DNA of 64,000 nucleotides from Antedon mediterranea (lineage: Eukaryota > Animalia > Echinodermata), in the NCBI RefSeq assembly GCF_964355755.1, contig NC_092676.1, positions 1,369,788 to 1,433,787 of the forward strand. The letters run 5' to 3'. Positions 43,836 through 55,987 of this stretch are shown piece after piece. The notes beneath the pieces were generated by a model. That model worked only from the letters and a program-made list of their open reading frames with translations, was not told the DNA's origin and ran no database searches. Both the position numbers and the translations under genes were made by a program. Position 1 is the first letter of the stretch. Every line of letters begins with the position of its first letter.

Positions 43836-44669
43836 ATGAAACCACAACCAAATGATTGATATCCACTGTTAAAGTTTAAAAACAAGCATATCCCTATTAA
43901 ATGTAATATTAGCATGCTAATAAAACAATAACATCCTAAACATAATTGTTCAGAAGTACAACCTTCCTACACAGAACTCTGTCTTCTTGTATACTTTTTA
44001 TTTTAATGATAAACATTCTTCCGTTTGTAGTAGAATGCTGACAGTCATTGAAATTTCAGTTATTGCCTTTGAGTTCACTAGCTAAAGTTTTGTACAACAA
44101 CTCCCACACACTTATCTCAATTTACCGATCTTTATTAAACAATTAGTTTGTCAATTCAAACACAAAAACAACAGTTAGGCCCATTAAACAACAGTTGTGG
44201 TTTTTATTGTACTGTGTTGTTCCTGCCCACAAATGTCTTTTTTTCATAAAATGATTGAAAATTTGATTTATTCACTGTAGTGTCACTGTTGCAGTTTAAT
44301 GGTGATCACTCAATGACACAATTCGCATTTATATACATAATGAAATTTATGGACAAACAAAACCAATGATATTTCAGATATTTCAGAAAAAAAAACCACA
44401 ATTATGTGTTTAGTTTTGTTTGCTAAGCATTAAAGATATATGGTCCCCCTAAAAAAAATAAAACATAAAAAAAAAAAATTATTTTCCTAAAAAAAATGTA
44501 ATTTAAAGCAAAAAATACATGAATTGTCTATGGTTAAATGCAACCATTTATTTCATATTTTTCTAGGCAAAATATTATTTTTTTTCATTTTTGGCTAATG
44601 AATAACTATAATTTGATATAATTTTGTTTTGCTGATGTATCTTTACTGATTTTTCTTTTCAAATTACAG

Positions 44670-44851
44670 CTGATGGTTCTTCTGGTGGGTTCAAAGCGGA
44701 GCCAAATCGGTACCATCTGTACGTTTCACTGGCGTGTCCATGGGCTCACCGCACGCTTATTATGCGCAAGTTGAAAGGTCTGGAAGACGTGATTTCATAC
44801 ACGGTTGTTGACTGGCTTATGGGACCAAAGGGATGGAATTTTACTGATAAG
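44670..44851 (+). CDS. Glutathionyl-hydroquinone reductase (Xi-class GST, YqjG/ECM4-like), internal exon with the catalytic CPWA motif
   Basis: ag|CT GAT GGT...GAT AAG|gt; translates DGSSGGFKAEPNRYHLYVSLACPWAHRTLIMRKLKGLEDVISYTVVDWLMGPKGWNFTDK. Confidence 0.93.
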
Positions 44852-47225
44852 GTTTATCTTCTATTCTATCTATTGTTACATTTTATTAATTTTATAGTTT
44901 AAGTGTCAACTACATTTATATTAGATAAAGATAATTAAAGATAAAGTATAACATAAATGCAGCTGACACTAAAATTATAAAATTAATATTATCATCACAA
45001 TCAAAATCTGTCTGCACACTTTTCTTTACGTTAAAACATACGGCAAACATCATTGCCAGATGAAGATTTGTTGACAACACGCACGTATCTTACTGGTTTA
45101 AGGTGAATAATTGTATACAGATAGTTATTAAATATAAAACCAGACGAACATTTGTTGTATTTTAAACTTTCTAATTCTTTCTTCTTAATATTGACCTTCC
45201 CAATTGTAAGCAGTTTTTCCCCAAAAGTTTTATTTTATTGTTTACCTTTCCCTATGATGTTATATTTACTTTTTACCTTAATCATTAAAATCTGGGAATG
45301 CAATTATATAATACAAATATAATATAAGCAGTTTACTATACAGTTGAAATTAAATTGTACAATACTGGTGCAACCACCTGCTGCTAAATAGCAGAAATAT
45401 ATTAATCAGTGTAATTTGCAACTGACGCCAATTTTCCTCGTTTCTGATCCCATAATATATTACTACAGTAAGCGTGTTATTTTAAGGGTCAAGCTATATA
45501 CTGGAGCATTGCGCCAGTTTTCTATACGCTCTTCCTAAATTCCTCACGCCACAGCAATTTTTATTTCACTTCCTTCCGGATTTGTCGTGTTTATTTAACT
45601 TTTACTCATTCTATTGGCATGGTAATGGTTTATTTTAAATGGCCTTCGCTAATATTCTGTTTATTCTTGTCATATTTATGTATTTAGATAGTCCAAGGAG
45701 TTGTACTAAAGTTCATCAAACCCCTTTACCACCTCTAAGCTGCCTGATCACAGCAATTATCCTCTGCTTTTTGCATCGCAAAATTATGCAGTTTACTTGT
45801 CAAAATAATCTTGTTATATTATAAGAATTAAATTCTAATTTTAAATCCAGTCCTCCTTCAAGTTGTGAATCATTTCCCAGAATGCATTTGTTCTCTTTTA
45901 CATAAAACTCAGCTACATTGTAACTGTTGGTATCATGTTTTTATTTTTGAGAAATAAATGTTGATTGACAGATTGACTGTGCACCATTTGAAATAAATCC
46001 AGTCATTGATTATTATTTCGTTATAAAATTTAGCGTCGAATCCTTTCTTGTTAATGTTATTATAAGAATTATTTTTCATAAAATGTCTTTATTTTCTTGT
46101 AGTGTTGACAAAAATGTTTTCTGGTTTTCTGATAATTGTTGTAATTTGAATTTGTTCATAGAATAGTTCTAGTAGATAAACAGTAGTATATTTTTCATAG
46201 CTAAAGAATATCTGATCTTTTCTAATCGAGTGTTATTTTGCGATTTTTCATAGAATACCTAATCTTTTATGATGGTTGGTGTTGTTTTGTCATTTTTTTC
46301 TAGTAGTATGTCTGTTTTTGCATTTGTTGACAAAATTGCAATTTTTCATAGAATAGTAGATACAGTAGTATGTTTTTTTTTTTATTTTTCATAGAAAAAT
46401 TAATCTAATCTTTTCTAATAGATCAAGTGTTATTTTGCGATTTTTCATAGAATACCTAATCTTTTAATTATGGGTGTTTTTTGGTGTTTTTTTCTAGAAA
46501 TGTGTTTGTTTTTGCATTTGTTCACAAAATTGCAATTTTTCATAGAATAGTAGATAAATTAGTATGTTTTTTTTTTCATAGAAAGAATATCTGATCTTTT
46601 TTAAAAGATCAAGTGTTATTTTGCGATTTTTCATAGAATACTGTAGCTAATCTTTTATGATGGGTGTTGTTGTGGAATTTTTAACTCGTTGAAGATACCT
46701 TGTATGGTTTGTGTTTTTTTGGTCCTATAGGACTAACTCCAAACCGGATATCCTCATCAAATACATACACCTGGAACTTGATAAAAAACATCTGAAGGTG
46801 TCAATCATCGCAAATTGGTGACCTTTGACATTGTTTGCGGCCTTTCCCAGAATCCATCATGCTACGGATACTTCCATCTATGCAGTCACCGCAAACTTTT
46901 TGTAAAATTATTCCGCTTTCTTGTTTGATATTGTTGTCGTGGAAATTAAACATGTGGAATGGATTTTTATCCCTTTCAAATTGACCTTACATTTCTAGGC
47001 CTGGGATTAAAAAATTATGCCCTAATGTTTTTCTTTCGCTTTTCCTAAACGATCAATAGATTTATCTCCGATAACTCTTTTTTATTGTTATTTCTTTCTT
47101 TCTTATTTGAGTTACCATTGTTGCTTCAAGGATTGTTTGGTATTTTATCATTATTAGGTTATATGCATGCATTCATGCATATAACCTCTTGATTCTGTCA
47201 GAATCTTTATTTATTTATTTATTTA

Positions 47226-48830
47226 TTGGTTATCCGCAACGAAGTTGCAGGATAACCTCTTGTGATTGTACGAAATCATCATCATCATCATCATCAACTT
47301 TTTATTCTTCTTCTTTCTTTCTGTATGATTTTTGTGTAACGCTTTTCTGTAAAACTCGCAAACATAACATTTTGTTAACTATGTTAACATTTTGACATTT
47401 ATGTAACGTCGTCAAGCGAAGCTTTTCATGATGTTTACAATTGCGCAACGTGACGTACGCGCGATTTAACGATTTTATCGTATTTAACATATGTCGAAAA
47501 CCAAATAACATTTTAAAGTGAAACTTTGCAAAAGTTTAATTTATATCATGCGCTAAATTTCTGTTGAAAAAAAATTGCATGTTTTACACAAAGTTACGCG
47601 CGCACGCACATTTAAAATTTCAAAATGCGCAAAATTAATTTATAATCAACTTTCTACGCGTTTCATGTCGTTTTAAGCATGTCAAAAATTCCCACGCGTG
47701 CGCACATTTCTACGTGTGCGGTGCGCACGTAGCATTGAAAACGTATTTTTTTCGCGTGATTTATGTTTTTCCAGCCTTTTCTAGTAATTTTACCAAATTT
47801 TAAACAATTTCGACTTAAAGATACGTCATACGAGCACGTCGAATTGGACAATTTGCGCGCGTTTTTTATGAAAAGGTTAAAAAATTCGTTTAAAATATGC
47901 CTTTTTTTAAACAGTCGTAATTTCTAAACTAGACGGTCAAATTTTTGTGGATGACATATTCTGGAAGTAGATGAGTTGTAGATATCGGATCAGGTATTAA
48001 TATGGCTAACCGGACATTGTGACGTCATCGTATGGCCACGCGAATATAAAATTTAGTATTTTTGTATCTTTCGTCATAGCTCATCACATTGAATAGAGCG
48101 CATCTCCACTTATCCGTTTTCCATTTTCACCCCGATTTTGATATTGTCTAGGTCAATCAACTATCTTTCGCATGAGTTAAAAATATTTTATTTTTTTTGA
48201 CGTCATCATGCCTAAAAATTTAAATCACGTGTGGCATCAATTTCATGTTTACAGTAAATTTTAATCTGTTATAGCTCGTAAGAATAAAATGTGATAATCA
48301 CGATTAAAACTTTTTCTGGAAGCTATTGGATTGTAGATATGGAATTATGTAAAAATGTTGCCAATCGGATGTTGTGACGTCATCATATGGCCAGTTAAAT
48401 AAAAAAGGTCGTATTTTCATCTTTTTCGTCATAGTTCATTACATTTAAAAGAGCGCGCATCAATATTTAACGTATTCAAATTTCTTCTACACGCTAATAC
48501 GTTGTTGCTGAGATAATTTGCTTTCGGAATTGCTAACTTCGCGTTTCATTTTAAAACCATCAACATGTTAAAAATTGCAATAAATAGCGGGTCCCGTAAT
48601 TTCACCTATTCTACACTGTATGTGATATGGATACAGATTATACTGTGTATACTATATATGAATTTAAATAATAAAATTCAGCAATAACAACAGATCATAT
48701 TCTTCAGTTCAGGTCATAATGCCAACGTGAACACTTCCTTTTGTCCTCAACCTATCCCCTTAATGTTAATGTTGCACCACTTGCGCGGCGGATAACCAAA
48801 CTCGTCAAAGTGACGAGTTACATGTCTAGT
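47226..48830 (+). mobile_element. Second Helentron-like element nested in the microsatellite of the first
   Basis: 5' hairpin ggttatccgcaac-gaa-gttgcaggataacc; (ATC)n microsatellite; 3' subTIR gcggataacc plus hairpin actcgtca-aag-tgacgagt then ctagtt; (TTTA)n resumes after it. Confidence 0.75.
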
Positions 48831-49549
48831 TTATTTATTTATTCTTTCCTTAGCACTATTTGTCCGTCAATTATCTTGATATCAGTTTCATCTAACTAAG
48901 TCAATTTTTCAGAGTATATTCCTTATGGCCAGGAATCGATGTGGTTATGTTTTCACGATGCGCAATCAAAAATTACGCGGTCTACGCGCGATTTAACGAA
49001 ATCACGTTTGTAATCATATCTTCACAAGCATGAATCACAATTAAACAAAATTTGGTACTCATAAATTTCAGGTCATATTTCATCATATGGCAATACAATT
49101 ACGTGCGTAGCGCATATAACGCATGCGTACGCGCGCTTAAAATGTTGAAAATTGTCAGAATTTATTTTCGATGAAATTAGAGTACGTTTCAGGCAATTTT
49201 AAGCGTTTAAAAAATTGCCATGAGTGCGCAGATTATTGCACGCGCACTGCGCGTCAAACGTTAATGCGCACTGTTTTTGTCCGATTACTGTTGTATAACC
49301 TTTCTTTAATAATATCATCATATTTTATTCACTTTTCAACGCGAAACAGCGTTATACGAGCACGTCAAAAGTGACAGGCTACGCACGTGTAAGTTAACAA
49401 AATGGTGAAAATATGCAAAATTTTAAAATTAATATATATCGTTAGAATGCTCGGGAACACCTATTTTTTATTTAATTTTCTTGAAGTGTATGTATCATAT
49501 GTATGATTTATTATGAAATTAGAAGAACAAAAGTTGATTAAGTCATCAT

Positions 49550-50170
49550 TAATGGCATATTCACAAACAAGAGGTGAAATGGAATACGAGGAACGTCTCA
49601 CTAAGCTAAATTGGCCTACACTATCTAATCGAAGAAATTATCTTCTGTTATCCTTTGTTTGTAAATCACTTATTGGAACGGTTGATTGTAGTAGTGTTCG
49701 TCAATCTTTAGTTGTTAATGGCCGTCACCTTGATACACTTAAGTTCATTCATCACTATGCTCGAACCAATTGTCTTCATCATTCCGCTATTAATATATTC
49801 CCTAGGTTGTGGGAAGAATTAACGGAAATGATTAAAAATTCTTTAATTTTAGACAGTTTTCAAATATTTTTAAATTCACTTAAATCACATGTTTTATATT
49901 GACTTTGTTGAATCGACTATTATGTATTTTATCCGTTTATTTTATATTGACACTGTTGATTCGTCTATTTGTTTTTTAATATTTTTATATAGTTTATTTT
50001 ATATCATTGTTGTTACTTTGGGAGTACGGAACCTGAACTCTTGTTATAGTGATTAGGTTCACTTTTAGGTTCCTGCCTACTCCCTTAGTTTCTGTGTTTT
50101 GTTTGTTTGTAACTGGTTTTTGGCAATAAATAATAATAATAATAATAATTAAATTTAACAAAATTAATTT
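49550..50170 (+). mobile_element. 3' fragment of a CR1/L2-type non-LTR retrotransposon (ORF2 C-terminus and 3' UTR)
   Basis: YEERLTKLNWPTLSNRR...RTN....INIFPRLWEEL motif typical of the post-RT region; caataaa plus (AAT)n tail. Confidence 0.7.
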
Positions 50171-50997
50171 CGACAATCAAACAAATTATAACATTTTCTT
50201 AGGCCAAAATAACAAACTTAACATTAACTTTCTTCCTTAAGAAGTTCATATATTAAAGTTAAAAGTATATAGTTTGACAGTGCATCATTTTAAAAAATTG
50301 TTAAAGATGTCATCATAGTAAAACATTATAATTCATTGCGGTATGTAATAATCTATCTGCACCAAAGTGGTTACTGCATAGTAAATACACGGAGGAATTT
50401 TTCCATAACTTTTAGTCAGTTGTGTATGGCTCGGTGGTCTTTGCTAGTGTCTATAGCAGTCAAGTACCGAGTTCGAGTCTCACCTTGGGAAACCAAACGA
50501 AATAAGATTTTTTTTATTATCCGTATTGGTTGTTCAATTATATTTCTTAGTGTATAGATTATACACATGATTTATAATGAAATCTAAATAAAAACACCAA
50601 TGTGGTTTATGACATTATATACGCAGAAAGATCTTTGATCGGATTATGATACCGGCTATTGTATTTGCGTTAGCAAGATCCTGTCATATATTATAAATAA
50701 CTAATGATTCTGAGAAAATCAATCGATCAATATATCTTAAATCCATCAATTATCTTTATTTAAATCAATGCATATAACCTATAATTCGTCATAGTGACGA
50801 ATTAAATCTAGTTTTTATTTTGAAATTATCAACTTTTCTACGAATCTGCTTGGGGTGTAATCATTGTGCCATGTTGTGCCATAAAGTGTAGGTTCAAATC
50901 CCCATTGTAGGTCACAGCATCCCTAACACTGTTCTTACCTTTGTTAAGTATATATTATTATAGATAGAAGAGAATTTTTCTTTCTTTTTTGTTGATC

Positions 50998-51022
50998 CAT
51001 GGACCTATAAATTAGGTCCATG
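50998..51022. mobile_element. 25-bp palindromic insertion with 7-bp TSD
   Basis: gttgatc-CATGGACCTATAAATTAGGTCCATG-gttgatc. Confidence 0.7.
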
Positions 51023-51184
51023 GTTGATCCAATAGATCGAAAGTACTAAACAAATTCTCTTCTATAATATTAGGATCCAAATGAAATTATTTCAAGATTA
51101 TTTACATTATTCTCGAAAAAAATTCATCTGTTTTCAAATGATTTATGTTTTTACTAGTATTTTTTCCTTTATTATTTGTATTAG

Positions 51185-51257
51185 AAGCCAAAGTGTACGC
51201 TTGACAATGTCAACAATGCACAGTATATGCGAGAAATCTACCAAAAGGTTGAACCAG
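51185..51257 (+). CDS. Glutathionyl-hydroquinone reductase, internal exon
   Basis: ttag|AAG...CCA G|gtaag; KPKCTLDNVNNAQYMREIYQKVEP; phases compatible with both flanking exons. Confidence 0.88.
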
Positions 51258-52203
51258 GTAAGTTTTCAAGAAATTTCCCTTTCTTTTCCTTACCAATCTT
51301 TTCCCTCCCTTTTTACCCATCTTTTCCCTCTATTACCTTAACCCATTCTTTTCTTGGAAAAACTTTTTACATTAATTTAACCAAAGAATTTAACATTAAC
51401 AATTTATAGCGCACATTTCTATGATAAGCTCATAATCAGCGACGCTTCACATACTCTCATAACATTGGTTGAAATAAAAAGTCTTTCTTTTTTTTTTTAC
51501 TGATAATTATTGTCATTCAATATTTTAATTGTTACTAAATTTCTAACAAGTTAACTCAGTAAATAAAATGATATCATAACTTTTTTTGTTATTTTTCATT
51601 CTCGATTTAATCCTGTATGTACAAGAAAATGTCATAATCAGTATGTGTATTTTTTTCTCAAAATTTTCCAGTGAAAGATTTTATTTTGCCAAAACTATAA
51701 TTACATTTAAAAATGTCAGATTCCGTAATAAATTTCGTAACTGTATATTGATAATTTGGCATCAATTTAAGGATGTGTCTTCTAGACAGATATATCTTAA
51801 TTAATCAACTTGTTCCCCCGGAAGAAATTACAAATTGAGAGCAAAAACGTGCAAAAAAAAAAGCAAATGTTGCTGGGAGCATTCGTCTCTATTGTCTTGC
51901 CAAGATTTTAATAGCAAAAAGCCCCAAAGAAACCCTGTGCCAATTAATAGCTACTTCCTAAACGCATCAAGTTTCCTGATATCTGTACAGATAGCTGTCC
52001 CATGTATTTGACATGTCAATGTAGAATTTTAAATGTTTGTAAGAATTTCCCTATTATCCCTTCCTTTGAATTTCCTCAAATCAGTGTAGATGAATTGCCT
52101 AACATTCTGACTACAGCAACCCTGAACTATTGTACATCTTTTTTCTATATAGGCCTATCACAATCTACTTATTTTTTTCAATATCAAAATGGTTCATTTG
52201 AAT

Positions 52204-52295
52204 AATTATCTGTACTTATTATCTGTACTTATTATCTGTACTTATTATCTGTACTTATTATCTGTACTTATTATCTGTACTTATGATCTGTACTT
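52204..52295. repeat. 13-bp tandem repeat
   Basis: (ttatctgtactta) about 7 copies. Confidence 0.9.
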
Positions 52296-52803
52296 CATGA
52301 TTATGTGAAGCTCTTCTAAATCTTTTGCTTTCTTAAGCTCTGTCTACACTATCAAACTTTATGTGACAAAAAAATGTGTTGTATCCATATACTGTATGGA
52401 CAAAAAGACATCATATCACTACCATATTTGGGAATATTACTACCATATTTGGGAATATCACTAACTTATTTTGGAATATCACTACCATTTTTGGGCACAT
52501 CATATTTTTTTAATCAAAATAGTTTGCTAGTGTAGACAGAGTTTAAGATTTTGCCTCTCTTAATTTTACTCATGATCTAATACAGCTCAGAAAATAGAAA
52601 TAAACATTCCAAAAAAATGTTAATAAAAGTTTTATTCAAAGGACATTGTTTTAGTGTCTAAAAGTTGAAATGATTTTTTGTAAACATTTATACTAGAAGG
52701 CATAAGTGTTAAATTGCTTTTTTTAGTTTTGCACTTAAACCGAATGCCTCGTATCTCAATCTTTCAGTTCATTCAAAATAAAAATATAATATACATTTTG
52801 TAG

Positions 52804-53002
52804 GATACTCTGGTGCTGTTACTGTTCCATGTTTGTGGGACAAAAAAACTTCAACAATCGTGAATAACGAATCTTCAGAAATTATACGCATGTTTAACAG
52901 CAGCTTTCAAGAATTCTGCAAAACAGACGAACAACGAAAGCTAGATTTCTATCCAGAGAATTTACGTGAAGAAATTGAAGAATTGAATAGCTGGATCTAC
53001 CC
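52804..53002 (+). CDS. Glutathionyl-hydroquinone reductase, internal exon
   Basis: tag|GA TAC...TAC CC|gtaag; [31 protein letters not shown]...[19 protein letters not shown]. Confidence 0.93.
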
Positions 53003-54147
53003 GTAAGTGTTATACTTTTATACCTTGAATGGTACAGATAATGGTAAGGTTCATGTTGTATACACGCGCGGCAATTCCAGTATTTGTTGCTGCTCATGGT
53101 ACTGTGGACTTACATTACAGATTTACACTTTTAAACGACATGTCCCATATCAGTACCCCCATAATTCAGGTACTCTTTCTACTGTTTATGACATCATGGT
53201 ACCGCTATGATGACAGTAGGGGTATACAACTAGCCCCCTCAAATTTTGGTTGTTGGCAGTAGGGGAAGGTGTGTATATACACCTCAAATGTTGGTTGTTG
53301 GCAGTGAGGAAAGGTGTGTATATACATCTCAAATTTTGGTTGTTGACAGTGGATAGGTGGGGGGTTATACACCTCATTTTTTTTTTTCGTACATGATACA
53401 TGGAGCATTATAGAGTTAACCACGCCCTTCCTAATAAGATCAACATTAAAATTATCTTCAATATTATGAACAAATTTTTGAGTACATTTAAACCTTTAAT
53501 GACAGCCTTGTATGATAATGTTGAATTACAAATTCCTAAAATTTGCTATCTTTTTCGAAGGACAAAATTGATCCATATTTGTCTATTTTTAGTTTGAAGG
53601 TTTCAAGTGAGTCAACTAAAATCTTTACTAATTTACCAAATGTAAAAAAACATTGATCGAAATTGCAAAATTAATGTAATAATTCTTTATATATATATAT
53701 ATATATATAAACAAATCAGGCAAAGAACATTAATTCTAAACCGCCCGGTGATATACTGAAATTTAATTAATTAATTTGAAACGATAAAGATGAGGAAATC
53801 TGTGAGAATGAGAAAAAGTCGCCCCAACCGAGACTCGAACTCGGACCTATATATACATTTTTCCGGCACACACTAAACAAAGTTGTAATCTTTATGGTAA
53901 AAATGAATTTCAAAAACCAGAAATTATCAAAGGCATAATGTTCAGGGCATAAATGTAGAATGTATATTGGCATTTATAGTTTTTATGTTTTAACTTAACA
54001 TTTCTTTTTTAAAATCACAAAATTTATTAACATTTCACAGTTTCACTTAAACCATACAAACAATATTCCACAATGCATTTGCTTTATAATTTAATACAAT
54101 ACTTTTAATTGATTGGCCGGATGCATTGCAAAACAGAATTGTTAAAC

Positions 54148-54179
54148 CATGGGCCTATAAATTAATTTATAGGTCCGTG
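54148..54179. mobile_element. 32-bp palindromic insertion with 7-bp TSD (same family as 50998)
   Basis: gttaaac-CATGGGCCTATAAATTAATTTATAGGTCCGTG-gttaaac. Confidence 0.7.
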
Positions 54180-55915
54180 GTTAAACACAATAAAACTGTG
54201 GTAGTTAAGAATGATTTAAGGAATTATTTGTGTTTATTTAATTATCATCATCACAAACAATGACAGGATACAAATTTGTTTGTTTAATTAATATTGGAAG
54301 TCAACATTTGTGAAGTTTAATTAAACAATCTCCTACTCCAACAAATCCTTTTTATTAATTAATGATGGAAGTTACATTTTTTATGTTTAATTAAACAAAG
54401 TCCTGTTAGAATTCTCTAATTATTCTGTACTAGTCAAACAAGTTTGACAAAAATGTATGATGTGCCCAAATATGCTAGTGATATTCCCAAATATAGTAGT
54501 GATATGACATCATCATGTTCATATATGGGCACATCACATTTTGTTGTCACATGAAGTTTGATAGTGTAAACAGAGCTTTAGTTGGCAGATATAGGACTCG
54601 TATCCAAGTGAAATATTCCGGTTATTTACATTAATTTCTTATGAAGACAAATTTGTTACTCAACTTCATTCTCAACAAAATATAATCTAATTATTAGTGT
54701 GTGGTTTATTATGTAATAGATGGATATATCCAAGTTAATTAAGATACAGGACATGTAAGTCTAAAAATAAAATACTTAAAGGAACTTAAAATGACAGATA
54801 CTTGCTTCTCTGGAAACGTCTTATTATTTTTGAAAGAACTATTTCACTGAAACTAAAATGGTGCTTTAGTGGTGTATGGTGCCTTTAATTGCTTATTTCA
54901 CAAACAATTAATGTTTCTTGACTAGACGTTTATTAAGGTTCTAAAAAGATTGCGAAAAATTATATTTAAAGTGCATACATGTATATATTCTTAACTTTTG
55001 ACCAGTTTAGATTGTATGTTCTGAAGTTGATCATTCTCAGGTTTTAAGCAGCAGATCTTTGGGTTTAGATTTTATTTAAGCATGTCTTGTAGCCTATATG
55101 CTGTACTGAATTAAATTATGCAAAGATAAGTCCATCATTCTTAACTTTTAACCAGCGGATCTATGGGTTTAGATTTTTTTAGCAAAGTATGGTATTAATA
55201 TCCTGTTAAGAAATTGAGTTATACCATTGAACGACTCGTCATGTGGTATTTGGTTCATGAAAGGTCATCTCAACGGCTACCACGATGTTACAATTAGAGA
55301 GAGGGTGGTACCGCTTCTTAAGTTTCATAACAAAATCTGTCACGAAATTGTCTTTGGTTTTAGAATTTACTATCTTTTGAAATGATGTTAAAATACGATT
55401 TATTTTAAAAAAGAATGCCGAACTGCAGGAATTACTTTCAGTTTTGATGATTTGCGGAATATATTATTTTATACCTGATTAAACTTATTTCTTGTGCAAT
55501 TTGTATTTTAATATATGAATTAGATACACATATGGTACTCAAAAACATGAACACAACTGAGACGCGCAATATCTAATGACGATTAACGTTTAAAATTATA
55601 TGAATTAGATGAATAACTTAATTTCTCAAGTCAATTATTTATAATACAAATTAATTTTTAACATGTTTTTATAATTCAACCAATTACAACTCACCTCATT
55701 AAAACGTTTAACGTATAATTGATGTCATACTAAAATCAATTAAACTATCTGTATCTTATTTTCTTTTTTTCTATAAAACTGAATACTGTAGCGTTTAGGT
55801 TAAATATCACAGTTATTAGGACTAGAAATCTTGGATGATCTCAGGATGTTTCAAAGTCACTCATAAAGTATATCAAAATATATTGAAAATTTGATTTAGT
55901 TTACACACATGGTGA

Positions 55916-55987
55916 AAACCCTAGTAACCAAACCCTAGTAACCAAACCCTAGTAACCAAACCCTAGTAACCAAACCCTAGTAACCAA
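55916..55987. repeat. 14-bp tandem repeat
   Basis: (aaaccctagtaacc) x5. Confidence 0.9.

Larger units (their letters stand above)
47153..50812 (+). mobile_element. Non-autonomous Helentron-like (HINE/DINE-type) element, outer copy
   Basis: 5' hairpin aggttatatgcatg..catgcatataacct; (TTTA)n microsatellite; 3' subTIR atgcatataacct plus hairpin aattcgtca-tag-tgacgaatt then ctagtttt. Confidence 0.72.

Noticed and set aside
55916-55987. Interstitial telomere
   Set aside because: Unit is 14 bp (aaaccctagtaacc), not a TTAGGG or TTAGG array
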